Below, piece by piece: positions 18,864 to 28,651 of a stretch of DNA of 64,000 bases (position 1 is its first letter; every line of letters starts with the position of its first letter). The notes beneath the pieces were generated by a model, which did no database searches, was not told the DNA's origin, and was given only the letters and a program-made list of their open reading frames with translations. Source of the stretch: Myxococcales bacterium. Its GTDB lineage: Bacteria > Myxococcota_A > Polyangia > Polyangiales > DASUME01. The stretch is from assembly GCA_047601445.1 (NCBI GenBank), contig JASGJH010000001.1, forward strand, positions 928,001 through 992,000, written 5' to 3'. A program made the position numbers and the translations under genes.

Positions 18864-20618
18864 TCAGTACGGGTCGTTCTTGAAGTCGTCGGTGAGCACG
18901 GCCGGGCTCCGCCCGGGCTTCGCCTGGCCGCCACGCTGGGCGCCCTCGGCGCGCCGTCGCGGTGCGCTCGGACCGCTCGCCGCGGAGGCCGTCTTGGGCA
19001 GGCTGGCGTCCACCACGAGCTTCTCGCCCTTGATGCTGCGCACGAGCGTGACCTTGTCGAAGCCGTCCTTCTCGAGCGTGAACGTCACCTCACGACCCGG
19101 CTCTGCCAGCTCGCCCCACCACTCGATGTTCGCGGGGGTCTCACCGTAGGCCTTGCCGTCGGCCGTGATCTTCGCGCCCGGCGGCGTGGAGTTGATGGTG
19201 ACGATGGTATGGAACTGCGACGGAGCCTCGGCGGGCACGGGGGCCGCCGGTCTTTGCTCCACAGGCTGCGAGGGTGCCGCCGCGTTGGCCACCGCCAGGT
19301 CTTGCGCAGGAGCCGTCGCGGCTGGCGGGTCGACACTGGTTCCAGGGGTCTGCGTGCTGGCGCCGCGTTCGCTGAAGCGCAGCGCCAGAAAGCCGCCCGC
19401 GATGGCGAGCGCTCCGATGACGGCCACCTTGGGCAACCAGCCTGCTTGTCCCTGCTCGACGGGAGCGGGCGCAGAAGAGGCCCCGGAAGTGGTGGCAGCG
19501 GCCTGGCCCCAGCTCGCCGAGAATCCTTGCGAGGGGGTCATGGTCTGCGCCGGCGCGCCCGGCGGAAACGCCGGCCCAACCCGGTTGACCATGGTCTGCC
19601 CGCTCAGCGTTTGTCCGCTCAGGGTCTGGCCCGAGAGCGTGTGGCCGCTGATGGTGTGGTGCGAGAGCGCGCCCGTGGGCGTGCCCGAGAGTCGGATCTC
19701 CTGCGAGAGCTGGTACTGGCCGCTGAGCATGGGGCCGCCGCCCATGGCCTGCTTGAGCAGCACGATCATCTCGTCCATCGAGGCAGGGCGGTTGTCCGGC
19801 TGTTTAGCCAGGCAGCGCTGCACCAACTCGATCAGGGCGGGTGGCACCCCGGGCTGATCGATGGGCGGCACCATCTCGTGCATGTGCGCCATCAACAGCT
19901 TCACCGTGTTCTCGCGTTCGAAGGGGGCCTTCCCCGTGAGCATCTCGTACATCACGACGCCGAGGGCGTAGATGTCGCTGCGAGGGTCCACGCGTTCGCC
20001 GCGGATTTGCTCCGGCGACATGTATTTGGGCGAGCCCATGAAGAGCCCCGCCTGGGTAAGCTCCTGCTCGGCCTCGCTCTCGACGTGCTTCACCAGGCCG
20101 AAGTCGAGCACCTTCACGAAGTCGTCCTCGTCGCCGTGGCGCGTGAGCAGCACGTTGCCGGGCTTGAGGTCGCGGTGGATCACGTCCAGCCGGTGGGCTT
20201 CTCGCAGCGAGCGCGCGATCTGCAGTGCGATGTGCACCACGCGGGCGGCCGGCAGCGGAGCTTCCTCCCGGATCACGCTGAAGAGGGAACGACCCTCCAC
20301 GAGCTCCATGGCGATGAAGTACACGCCCTCGGCAGTCCGACCGTAGTCGAACACGGTCACCGTGTTCGGGTGCTGGAGCTTCGAGGCCACCGAGGCCTCG
20401 AGAAAGAAGCGCTGCTGGAAGGAGGGATCTTGATCCCCACCGGCCTGCCGCGGGTCCAGCGTCTTGACCGCCACCAAGCGGCCCAGGGGTACCTGCTCGG
20501 CGCGGTACACGCGCCCCATGCCACCACGGGCAATGACCCCAAGAATGCGGAACCGATCGTTGACGACCTTGCCGATCAGTTCGTCAGGCTGATTGTGCTT
20601 CGGGGCGTGGTTGCTCAT
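18864..20618 (-). CDS. membrane Ser/Thr protein kinase (Hanks-type) with C-terminal PEGA-like domain
   Basis: RGGMGRVY, VAVK, HRDLKPGN, DFG, GSPKYMSPE, DIYALG; one TM helix; INSTPPGAKITADG..YGETP. Confidence 0.95.
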   Translation of the reverse strand: MSNHAPKHNQPDELIGKVVNDRFRILGVIARGGMGRVYRAEQVPLGRLVAVKTLDPRQAGGDQDPSFQQRFFLEASVASKLQHPNTVTVFDYGRTAEGVYFIAMELVEGRSLFSVIREEAPLPAARVVHIALQIARSLREAHRLDVIHRDLKPGNVLLTRHGDEDDFVKVLDFGLVKHVESEAEQELTQAGLFMGSPKYMSPEQIRGERVDPRSDIYALGVVMYEMLTGKAPFERENTVKLLMAHMHEMVPPIDQPGVPPALIELVQRCLAKQPDNRPASMDEMIVLLKQAMGGGPMLSGQYQLSQEIRLSGTPTGALSHHTISGHTLSGQTLSGQTLSGQTMVNRVGPAFPPGAPAQTMTPSQGFSASWGQAAATTSGASSAPAPVEQGQAGWLPKVAVIGALAIAGGFLALRFSERGASTQTPGTSVDPPAATAPAQDLAVANAAAPSQPVEQRPAAPVPAEAPSQFHTIVTINSTPPGAKITADGKAYGETPANIEWWGELAEPGREVTFTLEKDGFDKVTLVRSIKGEKLVVDASLPKTASAASGPSAPRRRAEGAQRGGQAKPGRSPAVLTDDFKNDPY

Positions 20619-20805
20619 AGGGCAATGACAGACGGCTGGGGATCGCCCCCAGATCCGCCGTAGGACGAATTCTCGCTACCCCTCGCCGGGGGCGCAAGCA
20701 ATTTAGGGGGCTGCACGACAATGGGGGCGTGTACGACGCCACGCACCATAGCGCAGAGTTGGGTACAACACATGAATTGTTGCGTGCCCAAGCGAGGGAA
20801 ATCAC

Positions 20806-23466
20806 TCAAACGTTGCGTCCGGCCGCGCGCAACGCCTTCGAAACCTGCTCGTACAAGTCGCGCGAGAGCTTGCCTGCGTCGAGCATTTGCGTGAGTTCTG
20901 CAACCATCAGCTCGCGCCGCTTGGGCTCGAAGCGCGCGAAGCGAGTGAGCGGCGCGACCATGCGCGCGGCGACCTGCGGATTGAACGGGTCGATCTGTAA
21001 GACGCGTTCGCGTAGGAATCGATAGCCGGCGCCGCTCGGATCGTGGAAGCGGTAGGGGTTGGCGGTCGCGAAACCATCGATCAGGGAGCGCGCCCGATTC
21101 GGATTCTCGAGGGAGAAGGCTGGGTGCGCCAGCAGCTGGGGCAGCTCTTCGTGTAGCAGCGCCGCGCGCTGTGAGGTCGACTGCAAGAAGAACCATTTGT
21201 CGACCACCAGTGCCTCGTGCTGGAAGCGCTGGTAGAAGCGCTCGAGCACGGTACGGCGACCGTCCGTCTCGAGGTGCACCACGCAGCCGAGCGCGGCCAC
21301 CATGTCCGTCATGTTGGTGGCGGCGTCGAACTGAGCCACCGGCAAGCTACCGTCGCGCATCTCGGAGGCTGCGAACAGATAGCGCAGGCACAGGTTGCGC
21401 AGGCTGCGCGCGCCCATCGCGGCGGGAGTGAGGCTGAAGGGGCCACGATCGGCGAGCGCCTGGTAGCGCGCGAGGAAGAGCTCGCGGTGGGCCATGCCGA
21501 GCGTGCGTTCCACGTAGGCGCGGGCATCGTGCACCAGGCCCGGATCCACGCTGTCGAGGCGATCGGCGAGCACGCCCTCGGCCGGTAGGGCCAGAGCCTG
21601 CGCGAGCAGCTGAGGGTCAGCCTGGCTGCTGAGGGCTCTCCCGAAGGCGGCCACGAACGGCTCGTCGAGGCTCGGAGCGCGACCTGCGGCCAGCGCCTCC
21701 AAGACGGCAGCGATGCGTCGGTGGGCCAGGGCCTGGGCCGCATCCCAGCGGCAGAACGCGTCGCTGTCGTGGGCCATGCGCAGCAGCAGATCGTCGTCGC
21801 TGCTCTCGTCTTCGAGCCGGACCGGCGCCGAGAAGCCTCGTAGCAGGGAAGGGGTGGGTTGCGCTGGCACGTCCGTGAACACGACTTCGGTGCTCGCCTC
21901 GCGGAGCTGCACGAGGCGCGTGGTCGCGGGAGCAGCCTGGTCGCCGCGGATCTTGAGGGGCAGGTCCTTGCCGTCGGGTCCGAGCAAGCCCATCACGATG
22001 GGGATCTGCAGGGCGTGCTTGGTGTCCTGGCCGGGCGTCGGCGCATGGCGCTGACTCAGCTCCAAGCGGTATTCCTTGCGCAGCCCATCGTACTGCCCGC
22101 GCGCGCTCACCGTGGGCGTCCCTGCCTGGCTGTACCAGCGACGAAACTGGCTCAGGTCCTCGGCGCTGGCGTCCTCCAGTGCGTTCACGAAGTCGTCGCA
22201 AGTGGCTGCCTGTCCATCGTGTCGCTCGAAGTACAGGTCCGTGCCCTTGCGGAACTTCTCGGGCCCCAGCAGGGTCTTCAGCATGCGCACGACCTCGGCG
22301 CCCTTCTCGTACACGGTCGGCGTGTAGAAGTTGTTGATCTCCACGTAGGAGTCCGGCCGAATCGGGTGCGCAGTGGGACCGGCGTCCTCGGGAAACTGCG
22401 TGGCGAACAGGCGCTGCACGTCCTGGATGCGCTTGAGCGCCCGCGACCCCACGTCGCTCGAGAACTCCTGGTCCCTGAACACGGTGAAGCCTTCTTTCAG
22501 GCTCAGCTGGAACCAATCTCGGCAGGTCACGCGATTGCCGCTCCAGTTGTGGAAGTACTCGTGTGCCACCACGGCTTCTACGTTGGAGAAATCGAGGTCG
22601 GTCGCGGTGTCGGGGCGCGCCAGCACGTACTTCGTGTTGAACACGTTGAGCCCCTTGTTCTCCATGGCGCCCATGTTGAAGTCGCGCACCGCCACGATCA
22701 TGTAGATGTCCAGATCGTACTCGCGCCCGAACACCTCCTCGTCCCACTTCATGGCGCGCTTGAGCGAGGCCATGCAGTGCTCCGTTTGGTCGAGGTGCTC
22801 TTCGGCCACGAAGACCTTGAGCGTGACCACGCGGCCCGAGCGCGTCGTGAAGTGGTCGGTGCGTGCCACCAGGTTGCCCGCCACCAGCGCGAACAAGTAA
22901 CAAGGCTTGGGAAAGGGGTCCTCCCACAGTGCGAAGTGACGTCCACCGGCGAGTTCGCCGGACTCGACCAGGTTGCCGTTGGACAAGAGCTGCGGGTAGC
23001 GCCGCTTGTCGGCCTCGATGCGCGTCGTGTAGCGCGCCATCACGTCCGGACGATCCAGGAACCACGTGATGCGACGAAAACCCTCCGCCTCGCACTGCGT
23101 GCAGAAGTTCCCGCCCGACACGTAGAGACCTTCGAGCGCCTTGTTGCGCACCGGCGACAACTTGCCGGCGATCTCCAACGTGAAGCGCGCAGGAACGCTG
23201 GGAAGCGTCAGGGTCTCGGCGGCCAGCGTGTAGTCCCCCGGCGCGAGGAGCCTGCCGTCGATGGAGACGGAGACGAGCGTCATGTCCTGGCCGTCGAGCA
23301 CCAGCGGGGCATCGGCCGTGGCGCCCGGCGTGCGTACGACCGAACTCTTGGCCCTGACCACCGTGCTCTCTTCGTCGAGCTCGAACACCAGGTCGACGCG
23401 CTCGATGGTGTAAGGAGAGGGGCGGTAATCCTCGCGGTGAATGACGACGGGCGTGCTGTCCTTCAT
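20806..23466 (-). CDS. pepN: aminopeptidase N
   Basis: TQCEAEGFRRIT, GAMENKG, HEYFH..E zincin motif, NPNR.RSL, NPQVAAR. Confidence 0.98.
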   Translation of the reverse strand: MKDSTPVVIHREDYRPSPYTIERVDLVFELDEESTVVRAKSSVVRTPGATADAPLVLDGQDMTLVSVSIDGRLLAPGDYTLAAETLTLPSVPARFTLEIAGKLSPVRNKALEGLYVSGGNFCTQCEAEGFRRITWFLDRPDVMARYTTRIEADKRRYPQLLSNGNLVESGELAGGRHFALWEDPFPKPCYLFALVAGNLVARTDHFTTRSGRVVTLKVFVAEEHLDQTEHCMASLKRAMKWDEEVFGREYDLDIYMIVAVRDFNMGAMENKGLNVFNTKYVLARPDTATDLDFSNVEAVVAHEYFHNWSGNRVTCRDWFQLSLKEGFTVFRDQEFSSDVGSRALKRIQDVQRLFATQFPEDAGPTAHPIRPDSYVEINNFYTPTVYEKGAEVVRMLKTLLGPEKFRKGTDLYFERHDGQAATCDDFVNALEDASAEDLSQFRRWYSQAGTPTVSARGQYDGLRKEYRLELSQRHAPTPGQDTKHALQIPIVMGLLGPDGKDLPLKIRGDQAAPATTRLVQLREASTEVVFTDVPAQPTPSLLRGFSAPVRLEDESSDDDLLLRMAHDSDAFCRWDAAQALAHRRIAAVLEALAAGRAPSLDEPFVAAFGRALSSQADPQLLAQALALPAEGVLADRLDSVDPGLVHDARAYVERTLGMAHRELFLARYQALADRGPFSLTPAAMGARSLRNLCLRYLFAASEMRDGSLPVAQFDAATNMTDMVAALGCVVHLETDGRRTVLERFYQRFQHEALVVDKWFFLQSTSQRAALLHEELPQLLAHPAFSLENPNRARSLIDGFATANPYRFHDPSGAGYRFLRERVLQIDPFNPQVAARMVAPLTRFARFEPKRRELMVAELTQMLDAGKLSRDLYEQVSKALRAAGRNV

Positions 23467-23519
23467 GTTCCAAGTATCGCGCCGTTCGCGCGCGAACACA
23501 CGGACTTAGCGGTGGTGCC

Positions 23520-24230
23520 TCAAACGATTGGGCGGCGCTTTGGCTCGCCGGGTAGCCGCGGGTAGCGCGCGGGGGTGTGCGCGTGCTTTCGGATGCAGAC
23601 GACGGTCCCCGTACTGGTGCGTCTCGCGGATTCGAAGCGGCCTCCGAGGACGCCGAGCGCGCGCTGCGCCTCCTGCACTTCCTGCTCGGCCTGCTCTCCC
23701 TTGATCGCCAGCTTCACTCCGCCCACGCGGACGAGCGGCAACGAGAGCTCGAGCAACACGGGCAATCTCGACAGGGCGCGCGAGGTGGCTGCGTCGAAGC
23801 GCTCGCGCTCGGGGCCCTGTCCGAAGGTTTCGGCCCGCTCGCTCACCACGCGTAGGTTCGCGAGGCCCAGCGTGGCCGCCGTCTGCTCCAAAAAGCGCGC
23901 CTTCTTGCCGGTGGACTCCACGAGTGTGAACGACAGGGAGGGCAGGGCGAGCGCCAGCGGAATGGCGGGCAGTCCGCCGCCGGAACCGAGATCCACCACG
24001 CGCGCCCCTGCGGGCAAGGCCGACAGATCGCCAAACAAGCTGAGGCTGTCACCGACGTGCTTGACCCAGGCTTCACCGACGCTGGTGATGGCGGTGAGAT
24101 TGAAGGCCTGGTTGGCGGCCAGCAACAGCTCCAGATAGCTCGCCAGGCGCACTCCGAGCGGACCTCCGAGATCCACGCCGAACTTCGCGACTTCCTCGAT
24201 CACCGACGCGGGCACGCTCGCTGCAGACAT
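23520..24230 (-). CDS. rsmG: 16S rRNA m7G527 methyltransferase
   Basis: NLTAI, H..DSL, DLGSGGGLPAIPLA, VES..KK..FL, SRAL, YPR..G.P.R.P. Confidence 0.95.
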   Translation of the reverse strand: MSAASVPASVIEEVAKFGVDLGGPLGVRLASYLELLLAANQAFNLTAITSVGEAWVKHVGDSLSLFGDLSALPAGARVVDLGSGGGLPAIPLALALPSLSFTLVESTGKKARFLEQTAATLGLANLRVVSERAETFGQGPERERFDAATSRALSRLPVLLELSLPLVRVGGVKLAIKGEQAEQEVQEAQRALGVLGGRFESARRTSTGTVVCIRKHAHTPARYPRLPGEPKRRPIV

Positions 24231-24270
24231 CTTCTGTCGCCGGCTCTACCACGCGGTCCGTGCGCGCGCC

Positions 24271-24522
24271 TCACGCGGGCTCGGAATCGTCGCTCTCCAA
24301 GGAATCGAGCGTGCTGTCATCGCAGATGGGGCACTTGGGCAGGGCGGTCCCCACGTACTTCAGTCCGCAGTGCTCGCAGCAATGCCAATAGAGCGGCTTG
24401 CCGCAGTGGGCGCAGGGCACCACGCGGCTCTCATCGGTGTCCGCCATCGGCAGCTCGGTGCTCCAGGTGCAGCTCGAGCAGTACAACGTAATGACTTCGC
24501 CCTTGCGACGCTTCACCTGCAA
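24271..24522 (-). CDS. small double zinc-ribbon protein
   Basis: Four CxxC pairs (CSSC, CAHC, CEHC, CPIC) and an acidic tail. Start uncertain. Confidence 0.7.
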   Translation of the reverse strand: MQVKRRKGEVITLYCSSCTWSTELPMADTDESRVVPCAHCGKPLYWHCCEHCGLKYVGTALPKCPICDDSTLDSLESDDSEPA

Positions 24523-24554
24523 AGCCTACTACCCCAGGTCCGAAAGCGACGGTT

Positions 24555-24680
24555 TCAGCGCGCCCGCTCCGCGCGATCGTCGCGGCTCACCACCCAGGCA
24601 AACGTCACCACGGTGACGCCCCCCAGCGCCATCCATGCCCCCGTCGCAGTTGCGACGCCCCACCAGAAATCTGGGCTCAT
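24555..24680 (-). CDS. 41-aa single-pass membrane protein (not in ORF track)
   Basis: MSPDFWWGVATATGAWMALGGVTVVTFAWVVSRDDRAERAR*: hydrophobic helix followed by a charged tail, purine-rich GGGGGAAG upstream, fills the intergenic gap. Confidence 0.6.
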   Translation of the reverse strand: MSPDFWWGVATATGAWMALGGVTVVTFAWVVSRDDRAERAR

Positions 24681-24839
24681 ATTCCGCTTCCCCCCAATGT
24701 GTTCGTTACAATCGGGGCGCGGCAGCGTCAAGATTTGATGCCGCGAATTCGCGCCCGCCGGGGCCCCGCATCAAGTGCGGTTTTTGCGGTCAAAATGCCC
24801 TGCTTGGAATCGCGTGGGAGCGTAACCGGAAGAGACTCG

Positions 24840-26144
24840 ATGGACTGGTCACAACTGCTTTCAGCGAGACGGCTCCGCCGTGTCTCCGCGTCCGGCGAGG
24901 AAGAGGCCGCGCGCGCCCGTACGCGCAGCCCATTCCAGCAGGACGCGGACCTCATCGTGTTCAGCGCGGCATTCCGACGTTTGCAGGACAAGACCCAGGT
25001 GCAGCCCTTGAGCGAGACGGGCCGGGTGCGAACGCGGCTCACGCACAGCATCGAAGTGGCCTCGGTGGGACGCTCACTCGGCTCGTCGGTGGCCAGCGTT
25101 CTGGCAGATCGCAGGGGCCTCAATTGGGAACAAGTGCACGCCATGGCCAGCGCGGTCCACGCGGCATGCCTGGCCCACGATATTGGCAATCCGCCGTTCG
25201 GGCATGGCGGCGAGGACGCGATCCAGGGCTGGTTTCTGGCCCATCCGGCGGTTCTCGCCGGGCTCTCGGAGGCCGAGGCGGCGGGGCTCCTGGCCTTCGA
25301 CGGCAACGCCCAAGGGTTCCGCATTCTCACCGCGCTCGAGAACTACCGCTTCGACGGCGGCCTCCGCCTCACCGAGGCGACGCTCGGCGCCTTCATGAAA
25401 TACCGCGTGGGCCCGCTGGAGCGGGAGCCTGGGAGCAGCACCCTGGCCCTTCGAAAGGCTGGCTTCTTCGAGTCGGAACGCGCCTATGCCGAGGAGCTTG
25501 CCGGGGGCCTGGGGTTGCCCGCAGGCCGCCGCCATCCACTGGTGTATCTCACCGAGGCAGCCGACGACATTTGCTACGCCATCGTGGATCTGGAAGACGG
25601 CTTCGACGCGGGTCTGCTGGAGCACGCCGCGGCGCTGGAGGTGCTCTCCGAGCTGGCCGACTGCCCGCCGCCGAGCCGGCTGGGGAGAGCCGAGCAGCTT
25701 CACAAGCTGCGTGCCCTGGCCATCGGCCGCATGGTGGACGCGGTGAGCGAGGTCTTCCTCGATGTGGAGCCCAATCTGCTCGCGGGGGAGTCCGTGGGGG
25801 AGCTCTGCCTGCTGACCAAGCTCGGGCCGGGGGTGTTGCGTGCCAAGGAGCTCGCCCGGGAACGCATCTTTTCGGCGCCGAGCGTGGTGGAGCGCTTACT
25901 CGGGGGCCAGCGCGTGCTGGCCACTTTGCTCGACAACCTGGTGCCTGTGGCGGAGGCCTTGCGCCAGGTCGGCTTCGAGCGTTCGGCATTGGCGGGCCGG
26001 GCACGCCTTGTGGCGCACCTCTTGGGGGAGCACTACGAGCCGCGTACGTCTTACGAGGCCCTGCTCGGCATCACTGATTTCCTGAGCGGTTTGACCGACC
26101 GAGCAGCCTTGGCCCTCGCACTGCGGATCACAGGCGAGGCCTGA
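24840..26144 (+). CDS. dgt: dGTP triphosphohydrolase (HD superfamily)
   Basis: FRRLQDKTQV, RTRLTHSIEV, AHDIGNPPFGHGGE, FDGNAQ, EAADDICY, DFLSGLTD. Confidence 0.93.
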   Translation: MDWSQLLSARRLRRVSASGEEEAARARTRSPFQQDADLIVFSAAFRRLQDKTQVQPLSETGRVRTRLTHSIEVASVGRSLGSSVASVLADRRGLNWEQVHAMASAVHAACLAHDIGNPPFGHGGEDAIQGWFLAHPAVLAGLSEAEAAGLLAFDGNAQGFRILTALENYRFDGGLRLTEATLGAFMKYRVGPLEREPGSSTLALRKAGFFESERAYAEELAGGLGLPAGRRHPLVYLTEAADDICYAIVDLEDGFDAGLLEHAAALEVLSELADCPPPSRLGRAEQLHKLRALAIGRMVDAVSEVFLDVEPNLLAGESVGELCLLTKLGPGVLRAKELARERIFSAPSVVERLLGGQRVLATLLDNLVPVAEALRQVGFERSALAGRARLVAHLLGEHYEPRTSYEALLGITDFLSGLTDRAALALALRITGEA

Positions 26145-26261
26145 GGCCCACCCGCGTCACCCCAAACGCTCGCTCACTCCTCGTAACGCGCGTTTAGCCC
26201 GTGCCCACTGCGCTCAAAAGCAGTATGAACCCCGGCGGTTTCAGCACCTGGAGCTAGGCGT

Positions 26262-27452
26262 ATGTTCGAGACACTTGAGATGGCCCCGCCCGACCCAATC
26301 CTCGGGCTCACGGATGCGTTCAAGAAGGACGCAAACCCCAACAAGATCAACCTCGGCGTGGGCGTCTTCCAGGACGAGAGCGGCAAGACCCCGACCCTCG
26401 AGTGCGTCAAGAAGGCCGAGGCCAAGCTGCTGGCCCAGGGCGCAGCCAAGACCTACCTGCCCATCGAAGGCAGCGCGGACTACGGCCGGGCCGTGCGCAC
26501 GCTCCTGTTCGGCGCCCAGTCCAGCCTCGTCAGCGACGGTCGCGCCGTCACCGCGCAGGCTCCCGGCGGCACCGGCGCCCTGCGTGTGGCGGGTGATCTG
26601 GCTCGGACCAAGCTCGGCATGAAGCGGGTGTTCGTCAGCGATCCCACCTGGGCCAACCACCAGGCCATCTTCCAGTCCGCGGGCATCGAGCCCCTCAACT
26701 ACGCTTACTACGACGCTGCCACGCGCGGTCTCGCCTTCGATAAGCTGCTCGCGTCGCTGTCCAAGGCCGGCCCCACCGACCTCGTGCTCCTGCACGCTTG
26801 CTGCCACAACCCCACGGGCGTGGACCCCACGCCCGTGCAGTGGCGGGAGATTGCGGCCCTGGCCAAGAAGCAGGGCTTCATGACCCTATTCGACTTCGCC
26901 TATCAGGGCTTCGGCGATGGCGTGGAAGAGGATGCGCTGCCAGTGCGGCTGTTCGCGGAGCAGGGCCTCGAGCTCATGATCTGCAGCTCCTTCTCCAAGA
27001 ACTTCGGCCTCTACAACGAGCGCGTGGGCGCCCTCACGCTGCTGGCCCCGAATAAGGACGCCGGCGACAAGGCCCTGAGCCAGCTCAAGGTCACGGTGCG
27101 CAGCAACTACTCGAACCCGCCGTTCCACGGCGGCGCCGTGGTGACCACGGTGCTGTCCGACCCGGAGCTTTCCGCGCTCTGGCTGCGCGAAGTGAATGGC
27201 ATGCGCGACCGCATCGCGGGCATGCGCCGGCTGTTTGTGGACACGCTCAAGCAGAAGGGCGTGAAGCAGGACTTCAGCTTCATCACGCACCAGAAGGGCA
27301 TGTTCTCCTTCGCCGGCATCAGCCCGGAGCAGGTGGACCGGCTCAAGAATGAGTTCGCCATCTACGCCGTGCGCTCGGGACGTATCAACGTTGCGGGCAT
27401 GAGCGAGTCCACCATGGATTGCCTGTGCTCGGCGGTCGCGGCGGTGCTCTGA
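26262..27452 (+). CDS. aspC: aspartate/aromatic amino acid aminotransferase
   Basis: PPDPILGL, KINLGVG, GGTGAL, HACCHNPTG, DFAYQGF, SFSKNFGLY.ERVG, GRIN. Confidence 0.96.
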   Translation: MFETLEMAPPDPILGLTDAFKKDANPNKINLGVGVFQDESGKTPTLECVKKAEAKLLAQGAAKTYLPIEGSADYGRAVRTLLFGAQSSLVSDGRAVTAQAPGGTGALRVAGDLARTKLGMKRVFVSDPTWANHQAIFQSAGIEPLNYAYYDAATRGLAFDKLLASLSKAGPTDLVLLHACCHNPTGVDPTPVQWREIAALAKKQGFMTLFDFAYQGFGDGVEEDALPVRLFAEQGLELMICSSFSKNFGLYNERVGALTLLAPNKDAGDKALSQLKVTVRSNYSNPPFHGGAVVTTVLSDPELSALWLREVNGMRDRIAGMRRLFVDTLKQKGVKQDFSFITHQKGMFSFAGISPEQVDRLKNEFAIYAVRSGRINVAGMSESTMDCLCSAVAAVL

Positions 27453-27694
27453 CCGCCGACGTGGACGCGCGGTTCTCAGAACCTGCGGCGCTTCTCGAAC
27501 TGCGGTGCCGTGAGTGAACGGCCCGCGGTGCTCCGAACCCGGAGTGCTTTGTGCCGAGGAATCCCCTCGGCTTGACCAAACCCTGGAGTCCTGTCAAACC
27601 TCTGCCCCCGACGCGCTACCCGCGCGGGAGCTAGTTTTGGGGGCTTCTTCGCCCCGATGCTTCACCTGACCAACGACTACGTAGAGGACGTCCC

Positions 27695-27856
27695 ATGCGC
27701 GACAAGATCCGCCTCATCTCCACCGCCGGCACCGGTTACGAGTACTACACCACCAAGAACAAGCGCACGATGCCGGAGAAGATGAAGATCAAGAAGTACG
27801 ATCCGCGCGCCAAGAAGCACGTGGAGTTCACTGAAGGCAAGATCTCCAAGGGCTGA
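27695..27856 (+). CDS. rpmG: 50S ribosomal protein L33, zinc-free form (not in ORF track)
   Basis: [60 protein letters not shown]. Confidence 0.97.
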   Translation: MRDKIRLISTAGTGYEYYTTKNKRTMPEKMKIKKYDPRAKKHVEFTEGKISKG

Positions 27857-27887
27857 AGCCCTCTGGATGTTTCGCTTCTTCTCCAGG

Positions 27888-27915
27888 GCCGCGGGGCGCA
27901 TGCTTCGCGGCTTTT
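27888..27915 (+). terminator. intrinsic terminator after rpmG
   Basis: GCCGCGGGGC-GCAT-GCTTCGCGGC-TTTT. Confidence 0.7.
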
Positions 27916-27968
27916 GGTGTTTCCGTCCGCGGCGAGAGCCCGCATTCCAGCGCCCTCCAGCGACCAGC

Positions 27969-28601
27969 TCAGGGGACGTTCGCGGCCTGGACGCCCTGGA
28001 CCCATCGGAACGTGAGGTTGATGCGAGCGGCTTGGATGCTCGGCTGCTTGGGGACGCCGTGCTTGTAGACATGCTGCGTCGCGCCGTTCATCACCAGCAG
28101 GCTGCCTGACTCGAGCTCCAGGTCCACCGCGAGCTCGCCGTCGGCGGCGGCTGCGCGCTGCTTGCCGTAGTCGCGATGTCGCAGCACGAAGCGGCGCGTG
28201 GCACCCAGCGAGAGCGATGCCACGAGCGGGTCCGGGCCGAGCTCGGGTTCGCGATCGGCGTGCATGCCCATGCTGTCATGGCCGTCGCGGTACAGGTTGC
28301 AGAGCACGCTGTTGAAGGGCCTATCCACGGCGAGCTCGATCTCACGCCGCAGCGCTGCGAGCGTCGGGGTCCACGGCAGCGGCACGTGGCGCGTGCGCGA
28401 GTACGTGTACACCGCTTCCGGATCGCCGACCCAAGCCACGAGCCGTGGTTGCATCACCTTGCGCCCGTAGAGTTCGATTTCGCGCTGAGCCCAGGGCACC
28501 TCCGTGAGCAGCGCGTCGAACAACGCCTGCGCACGCTCTCTCTCGATCCAGCGCGGATCCAGCTCAAAATGAGCGCCATTCGCGAGCACGAGCCGTTGCA
28601 T
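27969..28601 (-). CDS. alkB: AlkB-family 2-oxoglutarate/Fe(II) dioxygenase (ALKBH2/3-like)
   Basis: QPRL.AW, NS.L.N.YRDG.DSMGMHAD (HxD), SLSLGA.R.F, HGVPK, RINLTFR. Confidence 0.92.
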   Translation of the reverse strand: MQRLVLANGAHFELDPRWIERERAQALFDALLTEVPWAQREIELYGRKVMQPRLVAWVGDPEAVYTYSRTRHVPLPWTPTLAALRREIELAVDRPFNSVLCNLYRDGHDSMGMHADREPELGPDPLVASLSLGATRRFVLRHRDYGKQRAAAADGELAVDLELESGSLLVMNGATQHVYKHGVPKQPSIQAARINLTFRWVQGVQAANVP

Positions 28602-28651
28602 CTCGGCGCCAAGGCTTGAACCATCCGCGCGACCGCGCCACGATCGTGGAG

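Noticed and set aside
27677..28072. 131-aa minus-strand ORF
   Set aside because: Overlaps the real rpmG on the plus strand and the alkB 3' end.
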